59,823 bases of DNA, filler included, from 4 parts of 4 records of this genome joined end to end with filler, not necessarily neighbours in it; one strand, 5' to 3'; counted from the whole stretch's first letter, positions 1-10,999 are shown. Translations and numbers: made by a program. Notes: a model not told the origin generated them from the sequence alone.

Positions 1-1805
1 CCACCTATCGGGAGCATGGCCATGCCCTGGCTCGTGGCGTTCCCATGCCCCAGGTCATGGCCGAGATGTACGGCAAGGCCGAGGGCTGTTCTGGTGGGCG
101 CGGCGGCTCCATGCACCTGTTTCATGCGCCGACAAATTTCTTTGGCGGCAACGCCATTGTCGGTGGCGGATTGCCTCTGGCCGGAGGTCTGGCGCTGGGC
201 GACAAGCTGGCTGGCACAGACGGTGTCACCGTATGTTTTTTTGGCGAAGGGGCGGTGGCCGAGGGTGAATTCCACGAAACCATGAACCTGGCAGAACTGT
301 GGGACGTCCCGGCGCTGTTTGTCTGCGAGAACAATGGCTATGCCATGGGAAGCGCCTTGGCCCGCACGGAATCGCAAACCGACATCCATGCCAAGGCGGC
401 AGCCTACGGGATTGCGTCCGAAGCCGTGGATGGTCAGGACGTGGTCGCGGTCGAGGCCGCCACCCGGCGGGCGCTGGCCAGTATACGCGAGACCGGCAGG
501 CCGTATTTTCTCGAATGCCGCACCTACAGGTTCCGCGCCCATTCCATGTTCGACGCCCAGCTCTATCGCGACAAGGACGAGATCGCCAAGTTCCGCGCCA
601 AGGGGCCGATCGTCCGGTTCCAGGGGTGGCTGCTGGAAAATCATCTACTCAATGACAGTGACATCGCCCGCATCGAGGCCGAAGTGGACGCGGAAATAAC
701 CGAGGCCGTAGCCTTCGCCGAGGCCGGAACCTGGGAGCCGGTGGAGACGCTGACACGCCATGTCGTATCCGAAGAGCCTGCACCTGCACCGGTCCCCGCA
801 GCTCCCTCTGGCAAGGCCCAGGAGATCACCTATCGCGAGGCGGTCAAGCAGGCGATCCGCGACGCCATGATCCGCGACGAGCGGGTGTTTCTGATGGGTG
901 AGGATGTCGGCGCCTATGGCGGCTGCTACGCGGTGACAAAGGGGCTGATGACGGAGTTTGGCGAGACCCGTATCCGCGACACGCCTCTCTCGGAATCCGG
1001 TTTCACCGGTTTCGGCATCGGAGCCGCAGCGGCAGGGCTCAGGCCCATTGTCGAGCTGATGACGGTCAATTTCTCTCTGCTGGCGCTTGACCAGATCATG
1101 AACACCGCCGCCACCATCCGCCACATGTCGGGCGGACAGTTCGGTGTGCCGCTGGTGATCCGGATGGCCACCGGCGCGGGCAAGCAACTCGCAGCACAAC
1201 ATTCGCACAGTCTTGAGGGCTGGTATGGCCATATCCCCGGTCTCCGGGTGCTCGCACCGGCGACGGTCGAGGATGCAAGAGGCATGCTCTGGACCGCCCT
1301 GCAGGACCCGGACCCGGTGCTGATTTTCGAGAACGTCATGCTCTACAACATGACCGGCACACTCGATGAGGCGGCGGGAGCGGTGGATATCGACCGAGCC
1401 GTAGTTCGACGTAAAGGCAGCGATGTGAGCCTGATCACCTATGGCGGCTCGTTGTGGAAAACGCTGGAAGCGGCAGAAAAGCTCAGCGCCGAGGGTATCG
1501 AGGCGGAAGTCATCGATCTGCGCAGTCTGAGGCCTCTGGACGACGCCACAATCATGGCCTCCATCGCCCGAACCCGCAAAGCGGTGATTGTCGATGAGGG
1601 ATGGCGCAGCGGCTCGATCTCCGCCGAGATCATCACTCGGATCAACGAGCAGGCGTTCTGGCATCTCGACGCGCCGCTTGGCCGGGTCTGCGCCAAGGAA
1701 GTGCCGATTCCTTATCCCAGCCATCTCGAAGCGGCGTCGATCCCGCAGGTTCCCGACATAGTCGCCGCGGCCCGTGCCGCGATGGGGCGGGACAACGGCC
1801 AATGA
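1..1805 (+). CDS. Fused 2-oxoacid (pyruvate/acetoin-type) dehydrogenase E1 alpha+beta, 5'-truncated by the window edge
   Basis: Frame open from base 3 ([12 protein letters not shown]). Alpha motifs GRGGSMH, ThDP-binding GEGA...NN and YRFRAHS. Pro/Ala linker, then beta motifs [29 protein letters not shown]. No stop between the halves. Confidence 0.92.
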   Translation, partial: TYREHGHALARGVPMPQVMAEMYGKAEGCSGGRGGSMHLFHAPTNFFGGNAIVGGGLPLAGGLALGDKLAGTDGVTVCFFGEGAVAEGEFHETMNLAELWDVPALFVCENNGYAMGSALARTESQTDIHAKAAAYGIASEAVDGQDVVAVEAATRRALASIRETGRPYFLECRTYRFRAHSMFDAQLYRDKDEIAKFRAKGPIVRFQGWLLENHLLNDSDIARIEAEVDAEITEAVAFAEAGTWEPVETLTRHVVSEEPAPAPVPAAPSGKAQEITYREAVKQAIRDAMIRDERVFLMGEDVGAYGGCYAVTKGLMTEFGETRIRDTPLSESGFTGFGIGAAAAGLRPIVELMTVNFSLLALDQIMNTAATIRHMSGGQFGVPLVIRMATGAGKQLAAQHSHSLEGWYGHIPGLRVLAPATVEDARGMLWTALQDPDPVLIFENVMLYNMTGTLDEAAGAVDIDRAVVRRKGSDVSLITYGGSLWKTLEAAEKLSAEGIEAEVIDLRSLRPLDDATIMASIARTRKAVIVDEGWRSGSISAEIITRINEQAFWHLDAPLGRVCAKEVPIPYPSHLEAASIPQVPDIVAAARAAMGRDNGQ

Positions 1806-3109
1806 GTGTCTTTGTCATGCCCTCTCTCGGCGCCGATATGGAGGACGGCAAGCTGGTCGAATGGCTGGTCAAGCCGGGCGACACCGTCCATCGCGGTGAC
1901 GTGGTCGCTGTTGTCGAGACCCAGAAAGGAGCCATCGAGATCGAGATCTTCGAGGATGGCGTCGTCCAATCCCTCGCTGCTGATCTGGGCCAGACGCTAC
2001 CCGTCGGCGCGACCTTGGCGTTGATCGGGGAGGGGGCCGGGAAGCCGGCGCCTGAGCCCGAACAGGAGCCAGCCCCCGCACAAGAACAGGAGCCAGCCCC
2101 GGCACAAGAAGCCGCGCCGAAAGTCACTCCGGCCGCTGTTGCCCCGCAGCCAGAACCCGCAAGGCCGAAACGCGTCGAGGTGCCGGCCGCAAGTCATGTG
2201 ACACCCGCCGCCGCTCCGCCTCCTTCCCCCACCAAGCCAACGCCCGCCGCATCAGGCGCAGGCATTGCCGCGTCTCCCGCCGCAAAAGCTCTCGCGGCGG
2301 AGAGAGGGATCGATCTCGCTGGCGTTACCGGGTCCTGGCCCTGTGGTGCGATTGTTCTGGCCGATGTCGAACGCGCTGCCAGCGGCACGGCTCAAGCAGT
2401 TGCAGCGGGCCCGACACTGGCCCGCAAGTCGGGAAGAGGCTTCGACATTGAGGCGATGCGGCAGGGTATCGCCGCGGCAATGGCGCGTTCCAAACGGGAA
2501 ATTCCGCACTACTACATGACGCATGAAGTCGATCTTCAACTGGCCACCGACTGGCTGGCGCGGAAGAACGCTGACGCTGGCCCGGCTGACCGGTTGCTGA
2601 TGGGCGCGCTTTTCGTCAAGGCTTCGGCTCTTGCGGCAAAGGCTGTTGACGGCATCAACGGCCATTTTGAGGATGGGGCCTATTCTCACTCCGACGTTGT
2701 CAATGCGGGTGTCGCAGTCGCCTTGCGCGGTGGCGGGCTGGTGGCACCGGCGATTCCTGCGGCAGATGAAATGACCCTGGCCGAGCTGATGGTCGCCATG
2801 CGGGAGCTTGTAGCCCGCGCCCGCGCCGGGCGGCTTCGCTCCTCGGAAATGACCAGCGGCACGATCACCATCTCCAGTCTCGGCGAGCGCGGCGTCGATG
2901 AAATGACCGGGGTGATCTATCCACCGCAGGTCGCGATTGTGACGTTCGGAACGCCGCGCGCCGTGGCGCGGGTCGTGGACGGCACCGTTCAAGCCCGTCA
3001 GGCGGTATCGGTGACGCTTGCCGCTGACCATCGCACCAGTGACGGACGCCGTGGTGCCCGGTTCCTCACCGAGATCGACAAACTTCTTCAATCCCCGGAG
3101 GCCCTATGA
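1802..3109 (+). CDS. Dihydrolipoamide acyltransferase (E2)
   Basis: ATG at 1802 overlaps the E1 stop (ATGA). Lipoyl domain MPSLGADM...VETQKG, subunit-binding domain ASPAAKALA, catalytic ADHRTSDG. Confidence 0.92.
   Translation: MSVFVMPSLGADMEDGKLVEWLVKPGDTVHRGDVVAVVETQKGAIEIEIFEDGVVQSLAADLGQTLPVGATLALIGEGAGKPAPEPEQEPAPAQEQEPAPAQEAAPKVTPAAVAPQPEPARPKRVEVPAASHVTPAAAPPPSPTKPTPAASGAGIAASPAAKALAAERGIDLAGVTGSWPCGAIVLADVERAASGTAQAVAAGPTLARKSGRGFDIEAMRQGIAAAMARSKREIPHYYMTHEVDLQLATDWLARKNADAGPADRLLMGALFVKASALAAKAVDGINGHFEDGAYSHSDVVNAGVAVALRGGGLVAPAIPAADEMTLAELMVAMRELVARARAGRLRSSEMTSGTITISSLGERGVDEMTGVIYPPQVAIVTFGTPRAVARVVDGTVQARQAVSVTLAADHRTSDGRRGARFLTEIDKLLQSPEAL
2060..2107 (+). repeat. 24-bp tandem duplication in the E2 linker (EQEPAPAQ x2)
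   Basis: GAACAGGAGCCAGCCCCNGCACAA repeated at 2060-2083 and 2084-2107. Confidence 0.85.
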
Positions 3110-3351
3110 ACCGCGATACGCTCTACGCCATTTTCATCGAAGAACTCGTCAACGTGGCCCCCGATCTCGATCCCGGCACGATCAACAAGGATGACCAGCT
3201 GCAAGACGACCTGGAGCTCGATTCCATGGATGTGCTGAACCTCGTGGCCGCCCTTCACGAGAGACTGGGCATTGATATCCCGGAAGATGAGTATGTTCAG
3301 ATCGAAACACCGGCAAAGGCCGCAGACTATCTGGCAGCCAGACTGAAATAG
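3106..3351 (+). CDS. Acyl carrier protein
   Basis: 81 aa, acidic, phosphopantetheine-site motif DLELDSMD. ATGA overlap with the E2 stop. Confidence 0.88.
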   Translation: MNRDTLYAIFIEELVNVAPDLDPGTINKDDQLQDDLELDSMDVLNLVAALHERLGIDIPEDEYVQIETPAKAADYLAARLK

Positions 3352-3457
3352 ACAGAACCGTGGGCGTACGCGCATCTTGACGCAGAGTCGTTGAAGCACT
3401 TGTGAGTACCGCGTCAGGTGTATATCTCTTCACAAGTTCGCATTTCAGGTGAGGAAC

Positions 3458-3853
3458 ATGATCGGAACACGGCGATTGATCAGCAGGTCGGGACTGGTGC
3501 GCATGCTCTGCGCGCTGTCGCTGCTGCTTGTCGCCTTCGCCCACAAGCCGCTGGTCTCTTCTGCTGCAGCATCGGCCTATGTCGGGTTTGATGTCGCTGA
3601 TTTCATTCTGCCTGACGGGACACTTCCCGATCTTTGCCTCGGTGGTGAGGAAGACGGCCACCATTCAGCTTTCAATCATTGCGAAGCCTGCCGCATTTTC
3701 GCATCAGTTGATGTGCCGTCCGCGATTGACGTCTTTGTCGTCAATCCTCTGAGCCCTGCTGCGCATCTGACAGCGCGGCTGGACGACCGTGTCGCGCGGT
3801 CTTTCCTGCGCCCTGGCGCGTCTCCTCGCGGTCCCCCCTCGCGTAACGCCTGA
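3458..3853 (+). CDS. DUF2946-like small protein, putative copper-responsive leader/arrest peptide
   Basis: RBS GAGGA before ATG 3458. Basic N-terminus plus hydrophobic segment, HCEAC (CxxC) and C-terminal PRGPPS. Lies upstream of copper chaperones. Confidence 0.72.
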   Translation: MIGTRRLISRSGLVRMLCALSLLLVAFAHKPLVSSAAASAYVGFDVADFILPDGTLPDLCLGGEEDGHHSAFNHCEACRIFASVDVPSAIDVFVVNPLSPAAHLTARLDDRVARSFLRPGASPRGPPSRNA

Positions 3854-4030
3854 TTGCCGTCCGGATACTTCGGTTCCCATCACTTCAGCGGGATCTGGAG
3901 TGAGCCACGACGTTTGCACGCGCCCCACGCCTTTCCTCTCTTTGCCTTGAAACCGGCTCGCTTCTCCGAGCGCCGCCCGGTTCCAGTTAAACCTTGCCCC
4001 TGTCGGGCATTCATCAAGAAAGTCAAATCA

Positions 4031-4549
4031 ATGAAACGCATTTCCATTCTTCTCTCCGCCGCCATTCTCGGCTTTTCCTCCGCAGCGGTTTCCGCCGAAG
4101 ACTACAAACTCGGCTCGCTTGAAATCGAGCACCCGTTTGCCCGCGCAACCCCACCCAATGCACCAGTCTCCGGTGGTTACATGATCATCCGCAACAGCGG
4201 CGAAGAAGCTGACCGGTTGATCTCCGGCGAGGCCGATTTTGCCGACCGGGTCGAGATCCATGAAATGAAAATGGATGGCGAAGTGATGAAAATGCGTCAG
4301 CTTGCCGATGGACTTGAAATCCCCGCCGGTGGTGAAGTAGTCCTCAAGCCGGGCGGATACCACGTCATGTTCATCGGTATCGACAGCCAGTTCAAGGACG
4401 GTGAAACCCGCAACGTCAAGCTCACCTTCGAAAAGGCCGGCAGCATCGAAATCGGCTTTGACGTGCAGGATATGCGGGCGATGCAGGGCCAGATGAAAAA
4501 GGACGGCGATAACGCCATGGACCACGGCAAAATGAAGAAGAGCGACTAG
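4031..4549 (+). CDS. Periplasmic copper chaperone PCu(A)C
   Basis: Signal peptide MKRISILL...AVSA, metal motif IHEM...MKM...PGGYHVM, Met/His-rich tail. Confidence 0.92.
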   Translation: MKRISILLSAAILGFSSAAVSAEDYKLGSLEIEHPFARATPPNAPVSGGYMIIRNSGEEADRLISGEADFADRVEIHEMKMDGEVMKMRQLADGLEIPAGGEVVLKPGGYHVMFIGIDSQFKDGETRNVKLTFEKAGSIEIGFDVQDMRAMQGQMKKDGDNAMDHGKMKKSD

Positions 4550-4552
4550 GCC

Positions 4553-5161
4553 ATGCCGCGCCTTGGTTTGAAAACCGGGATCTGGGCGGCGTTTGCCGCC
4601 CTTTTCCTGCTCTCGATCGGGTTCCTGGGCTGGCAGTATACTGTCCGGGGCACCGACAGTTCGCTCACTTCCGCGCTCAAACTCGGAACCGATTTCACAC
4701 TTGTCGACCACAATGGCAACACCATCACCCAGGCTGCCTTTGAAGGTCGCCCGACGATGGTGTTTTTCGGCTTCACCCGCTGCCCGGAGGTCTGCCCCAC
4801 GACACTTTATGAAATGGCTGGCTGGTTCGAGGCGCTTGGCGATCAGGGCAAGGATCTGCAGGCATTCTTCATTTCGGTCGATCCGCAACGTGATACACCC
4901 GAGATCATGAAAAGCTATGCCGAAGCACTCACCGACAGGGTGACCGGCATCACCGGCAATCCTGATGAGGTCGCCAAGGTCATCGCGGCCTGGCATGTCT
5001 ATGCAGCGAAGGTCCCCACCGATGATGGTGATTACACCATGGATCACACCGCTTCGGTGTTCCTCATCGATGAGAACGGCGCTTTCAAGGGCACCATCGC
5101 CTATGGCGAGAACCCGGAAACGGCAATCGCCAAACTGAAACGGCTGATTGGACCGGCATAA
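4553..5161 (+). CDS. SCO1/SenC family copper chaperone
   Basis: N-terminal TM, FGFTRCPEVCP (CxxxC), SVDPQRD, YTMDHTA. Confidence 0.93.
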   Translation: MPRLGLKTGIWAAFAALFLLSIGFLGWQYTVRGTDSSLTSALKLGTDFTLVDHNGNTITQAAFEGRPTMVFFGFTRCPEVCPTTLYEMAGWFEALGDQGKDLQAFFISVDPQRDTPEIMKSYAEALTDRVTGITGNPDEVAKVIAAWHVYAAKVPTDDGDYTMDHTASVFLIDENGAFKGTIAYGENPETAIAKLKRLIGPA

Positions 5162-5165
5162 CCAT

Positions 5166-6377
5166 TCAGTCAGCTGCCGCCCGGTCGGCGATCAGACTTC
5201 CGTCTTCCAGCGCATCGCCGGGGTAGAGAAGCACCTGATCGCCATCGGTCAGGCCCGACAGGATCTCGGCCCGCCGGTCGGTCATGTGCCCGATCTCGAC
5301 TGCGGTCACTTTTGCCCGCCCGTCTTCCATCTTGAATACCGCCCAGTTCCCGCCATTGCGGTAGAGCGAACTCACCGGAACCTGCGTGACTGCGTCTGAA
5401 GACCAGATGATCAGATTGGCGATGACCCGGAAGCCGTGCCCCAGATCCTTGGGCGGCGGATCCTTCAGCGCAATGATCGCGTTGACCCGTTGCTCGGAAA
5501 TGCCCAGTGCAGACACCTTCGTGAAGCCCGATGGTTCAACCCGTTCAACCTGCGCTTTAAGTGTGTCAGGCCCGCCCCAGTCGGTGATCAGCACCTGGCT
5601 GCCGGGGCGAACCTTGACGGCGTCGGCGGACAGCACATCGACGGTGATTTCAAGGTCGGTCGGATCGCCGACTTCGGCAATCAGCTGGCCGACGCTGGCC
5701 GCCTGTTCGCTCTTGGCGTTGAGCGAGAGAATGATCCCGTCAATCGGCGAGACGATGGCAACGCAGCATTCACCGTTGGCAGGATCGTTCGGCGTTTGCC
5801 CGGGCTGGGCCAACCGCGCCTGGGCGCTGGCAAGTTCCGCTTGCCTGAGCGCAATCATGGCTTCCGCGGATCTGACCTGCGCCTCGGCGAGGTCCAGTTC
5901 GCCCTCAATTTTCTCGAGCTGGCTCTGCGAGACGATGTTGGTGGCCGCAAGCTTGATTGCCCGGTCATGGCTGGCGCGGGCCAGAACCCGTGCTGTGCGG
6001 GCGCGCGACAATTCCACTTCCGCCACGGCAACGCTGGAACGCGCCGCATCAATCGCCGCCATCAGTTCTGTCCGTGTCCGCGTGTCGATGAACGGCGGGT
6101 CGAGCGGATGGATGGAGGTGATGCTTTCGCCCGCTGAAACGGCATCGCCGACCGAGTACTCGACCCGGTCAAGATGCCCGGCGATGGGGGAGGAGACCGC
6201 ATAGACATTGCGGATGCGGGTGATGCCGTCTTCCGCGACAACCACCTGCAGCGGACCGGTCTCGACTGTTGCAAGGTCGACAAGGATCGGCTTTTCCCCG
6301 AAAGCGATATAAAGCGCGCCGCCGATCGCTGCGGCGACCGCCAATCCTGCGAGGCTTTTGACAAGCACAGAGGCCAT
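5166..6377 (-). CDS. Membrane fusion protein / periplasmic adaptor (MacA/HlyD-like)
   Basis: N-terminal anchor, coiled-coil hairpin, SPIDG, FTKVSALGISEQRV. Last gene of the ABC exporter operon. Confidence 0.88.
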   Translation of the reverse strand: MASVLVKSLAGLAVAAAIGGALYIAFGEKPILVDLATVETGPLQVVVAEDGITRIRNVYAVSSPIAGHLDRVEYSVGDAVSAGESITSIHPLDPPFIDTRTRTELMAAIDAARSSVAVAEVELSRARTARVLARASHDRAIKLAATNIVSQSQLEKIEGELDLAEAQVRSAEAMIALRQAELASAQARLAQPGQTPNDPANGECCVAIVSPIDGIILSLNAKSEQAASVGQLIAEVGDPTDLEITVDVLSADAVKVRPGSQVLITDWGGPDTLKAQVERVEPSGFTKVSALGISEQRVNAIIALKDPPPKDLGHGFRVIANLIIWSSDAVTQVPVSSLYRNGGNWAVFKMEDGRAKVTAVEIGHMTDRRAEILSGLTDGDQVLLYPGDALEDGSLIADRAAAD

Positions 6378-6381
6378 GATT

Positions 6382-8757
6382 TCAGTCCCTTGTTTTCAAG
6401 ACGCGGATAAGATCGAGCCGGTCGATGCGGCGGCGTACGATCAGTGCCGACACCAGAGCGCCAGCGAGCACGATCAGGCTCGACACCGCATAGGTGGGCA
6501 TGTTGATGATGAGCGGAATCCGGAACAGATCGCTTTCAAAGCCTTTGGCGACGAGGACAGAAAAGCCGCGCCCGATGAGCCAGCCAAGCGGTTGCGCCAG
6601 AATCACCATGATGCCAAGCTCGGTGAGTAGCACCTTCGAGACTTCGCCATTGGTGAAGCCGAATACCCGCAGGCTGGCCAATTCTCGGGCCCGTTCGGAA
6701 AGCTGGATCCGGGCCGAATTGTAAATCACCCCGAAGGTGATGATCACTGCCAGCGAAACATAGATCGTGATGCTGATCCCGATGTTTTCCTCTATCACGG
6801 CGCGAAACCGTTGCCGCGAGATGCCTTGCAGCGCAACCGAGGCTATGGCCGGCGTTTGCTTGACTTCGGCATAAAGCTCGTTGATGCGGCTTTCATCCAC
6901 CAGCACCCGCGCGCCGGATATACGGCCTCCCTGGCCCGACAGCCGGTCGAGCGCCTCGCGGCTCATATTCGCATTCAGACCGACATAGCTGTTGGTGACA
7001 CCGATCAGCGGCACCATGACTTTGCGCCCCTGTCCGTCGTTGAGTTCAACTTCCACCTGATCACCGGTCACCAGTTCAAGATGCTCGGCCAGACGTTCTG
7101 ACAGCAGAATGCCGGATGGCGGCAGCTTGATCGGAGCGAATGAGCGGTCGAGTACCCGGCTGATATCGGTTTCCGGATTGGAGGCGATGATCTGGATGTT
7201 GCGCGACCGGTAGCCGTTTCGCAACGTTGCTGCTTCGGCGCGGAACGGTTCTGCTGCGATGACGCCGGGAAGGCGAGAGACGTCGCGGATCGCGTCTTCG
7301 GACCGGTCCGCAGCAAATGTCAGCGTTGCATCCTGACGGTCTGCCCGAAACCAGATAGTGTCGATCATGTGCTCGATGGAATCAAAGGCAAACAGCGATG
7401 TGATCAGCAGCGCCACGGGAAGCGCCGTGCCCAGCGTCGTCAAGGCGGTGCGTAGGGGCCAGCGCAACAGGTGTCTCAGCGCCATCACGGTGAGTTGGGA
7501 GAACGGTAGCCGAATACCACCCGCTGAACTGTTGAACAGATTGCGGTATCGCGTGGGCGCGGGCGGACGCATGGCCACCGCTGGCGGCAAGCGCACCGCG
7601 CCCATGATGGCATTGGCAGCGCCGACAAGCGCAGCGGCGAATGTCACAAGCGCTGAGATCACGTAGAGATCAGGTTCCTGCGAGAACACGAGAAACGGGA
7701 ATGAATAGAATTCCCCGTAAAGCGATGCCATGCCGTGTCCCAGCCGCGTGCCGGCAATTCCGCCGATCGTCACTCCGACAACCGAGATCACCAGCGTCAG
7801 CTTGGCATAGTGCCAGGCGATAGCCCCGTTGGAATAGCCGACAGCTTTCAAAAGCCCGATCTGCTCGCGTTCCAGCGCAATCAACCGGGTCAGGATCATG
7901 TTGACCAGAAACGCCGCAATAAACAGGAAGATCGGCGGGATAACCTGGGCCATGGCCTTGAGCTGGGTCAGCTCTGATTCAAGAAACGCGTCGGACATGT
8001 GGTCAACGCGGCCATAGGCACCGGTCCCGCCATGTGGTTCGAGGATGGTGTCGAGCTGGGAGATCACGTCTTTCTGGTCGGCGTTGTGCGATAATGTCAG
8101 CGAAACATCGTTGAACGCACCCTTCATGTCATAGGCACCCTCAAGCACGGACCGGTGCATGTGAATGACGCCAAAGCGTTTCTGGTCGGGCACCATGTCG
8201 CCCGGGCCGATGGCATAGACATATTCAGGCGACAGCGTGATACCGGTGATGGAAAGATGGCGTTTGCGCCCGTTGATCAGCACATCGAAACCGTCGCCCG
8301 GACGAAATCCGTGCGCTTCGGCGAAAGCCTCGATAATGGCTGCCTCGTTGTCACGGCCCGGCTCGGGCATTCGGCCCGAGCGCAGATAGAGACGGTTGAC
8401 CGCTGGCTCTCCATGATCAGGGATCGAGATCACCATGCCCGTCGCCGGTTCGGCCATGCCCGTGATGTCGATGATGACTGCATTGACGATACGCGTCGAT
8501 ACCGCCGAAACACCGTCGATGGCAGCAATGGCCGCCTTGACGCTTTCCGGCGCCCGCGTCGCTCGGGCAAACACATCGCCGAACCGGGTCCGGTCGTAAA
8601 ACGCGGCGCGGGTGTCATCGAGCGCCCGCGTCGCACCCAGTGCAAGGATAAGGGTCATGACCCCGCAGGCCATCACCAGCGCCACGGCCAGTGATTGCGC
8701 CCAGAGCCGGACGAGATCGCGGACAAGTTTGCGGTCAAGCATGCTCAGCGCATTCAC
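6382..8757 (-). CDS. ABC exporter permease, tandem FtsX/MacB-like
   Basis: 791 aa with two permease repeats ([25 protein letters not shown]). Confidence 0.88.
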   Translation of the reverse strand: MNALSMLDRKLVRDLVRLWAQSLAVALVMACGVMTLILALGATRALDDTRAAFYDRTRFGDVFARATRAPESVKAAIAAIDGVSAVSTRIVNAVIIDITGMAEPATGMVISIPDHGEPAVNRLYLRSGRMPEPGRDNEAAIIEAFAEAHGFRPGDGFDVLINGRKRHLSITGITLSPEYVYAIGPGDMVPDQKRFGVIHMHRSVLEGAYDMKGAFNDVSLTLSHNADQKDVISQLDTILEPHGGTGAYGRVDHMSDAFLESELTQLKAMAQVIPPIFLFIAAFLVNMILTRLIALEREQIGLLKAVGYSNGAIAWHYAKLTLVISVVGVTIGGIAGTRLGHGMASLYGEFYSFPFLVFSQEPDLYVISALVTFAAALVGAANAIMGAVRLPPAVAMRPPAPTRYRNLFNSSAGGIRLPFSQLTVMALRHLLRWPLRTALTTLGTALPVALLITSLFAFDSIEHMIDTIWFRADRQDATLTFAADRSEDAIRDVSRLPGVIAAEPFRAEAATLRNGYRSRNIQIIASNPETDISRVLDRSFAPIKLPPSGILLSERLAEHLELVTGDQVEVELNDGQGRKVMVPLIGVTNSYVGLNANMSREALDRLSGQGGRISGARVLVDESRINELYAEVKQTPAIASVALQGISRQRFRAVIEENIGISITIYVSLAVIITFGVIYNSARIQLSERARELASLRVFGFTNGEVSKVLLTELGIMVILAQPLGWLIGRGFSVLVAKGFESDLFRIPLIINMPTYAVSSLIVLAGALVSALIVRRRIDRLDLIRVLKTRD

Positions 8758-9482
8758 CAGCTCACCTCCGATGGCTTGATCCGCTCTTCATTGAGCTCAC
8801 ACGAGGCAATGCGGCCATCCAGAAACGCGTAGACACGGTGGGCGATTTTCCGGATCCCGGCATTGTGGGTGATGATTGCGGTGGTGGCGCCGGTTTCCTC
8901 GTTCACCCGGGCGAGCGCTTCAAGCACGATGATGCCGGTGGCCGAATCGAGCGCACCGGTCGGCTCGTCGCACAAAAGCACCTCCGGTCTTTTGGCGATC
9001 GCCCGTGCAATCGCAACACGTTGCTGCTCGCCGCCGGAAAGCTGGGCCGGGAAGTGGTTCATGCGGCTTTCAAGCCCGACCAGCGCCAGCGCATCGCCCG
9101 CAGACATCGGATTTGTCGCCACCTCGGTGATCAGCGCGACATTTTCCCAGGCCGTCAGACTGGGGATCAGATTGTAGAACTGGAAAACGAATCCGACATG
9201 ATTGCGCCGGTAAGCCGTCAGCTCCCTGTCGCTGGCGCCTGCCAGTTCCTGGCCCTTGAATTTGACCGAACCCGATGTGGGCTTGTCCAGCCCGCCAATA
9301 ATATTGAGCAGTGTGGATTTGCCGCTCCCTGATGGACCGAGCAGCACCGCCATCTCGCCTGCTTCAAGCGTCAGATCGACGCCATTCAGCGCGCGAACCT
9401 CGACATCGCCTGTTTTATAGATCTTGGTCAGTCCGGAAACATCGAAAATTGCGGACGTGTTGGAAGCAGGTTCAGATCTCAT
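8754..9482 (-). CDS. ABC transporter ATP-binding subunit (LolD/MacB-like)
   Basis: Walker [24 protein letters not shown]. Start placed at ATG 9482 (MRSEP); the longer ORF call runs through the promoter. Confidence 0.9.
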   Translation of the reverse strand: MRSEPASNTSAIFDVSGLTKIYKTGDVEVRALNGVDLTLEAGEMAVLLGPSGSGKSTLLNIIGGLDKPTSGSVKFKGQELAGASDRELTAYRRNHVGFVFQFYNLIPSLTAWENVALITEVATNPMSAGDALALVGLESRMNHFPAQLSGGEQQRVAIARAIAKRPEVLLCDEPTGALDSATGIIVLEALARVNEETGATTAIITHNAGIRKIAHRVYAFLDGRIASCELNEERIKPSEVSW

Positions 9483-9516
9483 GATCCCCACAATAGCCCG
9501 GTTTGCCTTGATCTCC

Positions 9517-9530
9517 TTGATCTTCGTCAA
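9517..9530. promoter_or_regulatory. FNR/FixK box
   Basis: TTGAT-CTTC-GTCAA, one mismatch to TTGAT-N4-ATCAA, between the ABC operon and the Fnr-type gene. Confidence 0.8.
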
Positions 9531-9673
9531 GCGGCGCCGATTGCCGGCGCAGGCAGTTGACGCCATGTCACACTGCCATGTGGTGCGCGCTGTATAAGAA
9601 TATTTGTATGCGACTTTTTGCTTCTGTTGCAGCAACGCGCGGTGAAGTAGTGTAAGCTCATTCAGGGAGTATC

Positions 9674-10399
9674 ATGGATATCCAGCGCAAAGACGTTCAC
9701 AATTCAGAAACACCCGTGCTTTGTCAGGCTTGCGAAAGCCGCCATCGTGGGGTCTGTGGAGCTTTGACCAGCGATCAATTGCTGAGATTGAGCAAACATT
9801 CCACCCGCCGCACCGTCGAGCCGGGAACTGAGCTTGTCGGCGAAAGCCTGCAGACAAAGAGTTACTCCAACATCATTGCAGGTGTGGTGAAACTTTCGAA
9901 AATGATGTCGGACGGCCGCCAGCAGATTGTAGGCTTGCAGTTTGCGCCGGATTTTCTGGGCCGCCCTTTCAGAGCGGAAAACGGTGTCAGCGCCGAAGCA
10001 GCAACGGAAGTCAAGGTTTGCTCCTTCCCCAAGGTGGCCATCGAGCGCATGATCAGCGAAATGCCGGAACTCGAGCACAAGCTGCTTGAGCAGACGCTGG
10101 CTGAACTTGATGAAGCGCGCGACTGGATGCTGACGCTGGGCCGCAAGACAGCGGGTGAAAAAGTCTCGAGTTTTCTGCTGCTCATAGCCACCCATGCCTT
10201 CCCGGACAATGAAAGCGACACGGTGAGTTTTGAACTGCCGATGAGCCGCACCGACATTGCCGACTTCCTCGGTCTGACCATGGAAACCGTCAGCCGGCAG
10301 TTGACCAAGCTGCGCAAGGACGACGTGATCCGCATCGTCAACAACCGCGATGTCACCGTTCCGGACCTGAACCGCTTGTCGGAGCGAGCCGGCATGTAG
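9674..10399 (+). CDS. fnrN: Crp/Fnr family O2-sensing regulator, FnrN/FnrL type
   Basis: N-terminal C-x2-C-x7-C plus internal Cys (KVCSF) for a 4Fe-4S cluster. HTH recognition helix ETVSR. Confidence 0.8.
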   Translation: MDIQRKDVHNSETPVLCQACESRHRGVCGALTSDQLLRLSKHSTRRTVEPGTELVGESLQTKSYSNIIAGVVKLSKMMSDGRQQIVGLQFAPDFLGRPFRAENGVSAEAATEVKVCSFPKVAIERMISEMPELEHKLLEQTLAELDEARDWMLTLGRKTAGEKVSSFLLLIATHAFPDNESDTVSFELPMSRTDIADFLGLTMETVSRQLTKLRKDDVIRIVNNRDVTVPDLNRLSERAGM

Positions 10400-10571
10400 C
10401 AGCATTTTGGCGCAGGTCTTGTCGCCAGTTTTGCGCGCATCGGATTGCACGCAAGGTGCCGGAGATTCTGCCATATTGCTGGCTTGGCTTACGTATTTTC
10501 CATTCACGTCAATTTCTGTTTGTAACTCGCGGCTTCTGTTCTGGAGCCGTTCATCTTGAAATGGAATCGTT

Positions 10572-10671
10572 NNNNNNNNNNNNNNNNNNNNNNNNNNNNN
10601 NNNNNNNNNNNNNNNTTAATTAATTAANNNNNNNNNNNNNNNNNNNNNNNNNNNNNNNNNNNNNNNNNNNN
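10572..10671. other. Artificial contig spacer
   Basis: 44 N + TTAATTAATTAA (stops in all six frames) + 44 N. Confidence 0.98.
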
Positions 10672-10672
10672 G

Positions 10673-10999
10673 CCGCAACCGGCAGCAACGCCCAAGCCGC
10701 AGGCTGCTGCACCAAGAACCACACAGCGGACACCGGTACAGCCGGTGAAACCTGCCACTGGGCCTGTGTCCGAAGCACCAAACAGCGCGGCAAGGCCACC
10801 AGCGCAACCGGAAAGCAAGGCAACATTCACCCCTGCTCCTGCGGCAAGAAAACCGGCACCTAAACCAGCCGCAACCCTGCGCGCAGCAACAAAAGCAGGC
10901 AATACGGCACAACCGCGTAAACGCACTGATATAAAACCGCAACCGCCGAAACCTCGACGTGTGGCAACATTCCAGCCATCGACGGGAGGTGCTGAATGA
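10673..10999 (+). CDS. C-terminal Pro/Ala/Lys-rich tail of a 5'-truncated gene
   Basis: Frame open from the contig edge (PQPAATPKPQ...FQPSTGGAE*). Stop overlaps the start of the next gene. Confidence 0.65.
   Translation, partial: PQPAATPKPQAAAPRTTQRTPVQPVKPATGPVSEAPNSAARPPAQPESKATFTPAPAARKPAPKPAATLRAATKAGNTAQPRKRTDIKPQPPKPRRVATFQPSTGGAE

Noticed and set aside
645-3091. Long antisense ORFs (645-1802, 2252-3091; likewise 4028-5047, 24124-25200, 26724-27875)
   Set aside because: Shadow frames of high-GC genes with clear motifs on the other strand. They have no motifs of their own.
9483-9635. 51-aa N-terminal extension on the ABC ATPase
   Set aside because: Runs through the FNR box and promoter. 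The domain begins after ATG 9482.
10572-10671. TTAATTAATTAA motif recurring three times within N runs
   Set aside because: Identical 100-nt artificial contig linker, also at 19384 and 50756. ORFs that cross it are artefacts.
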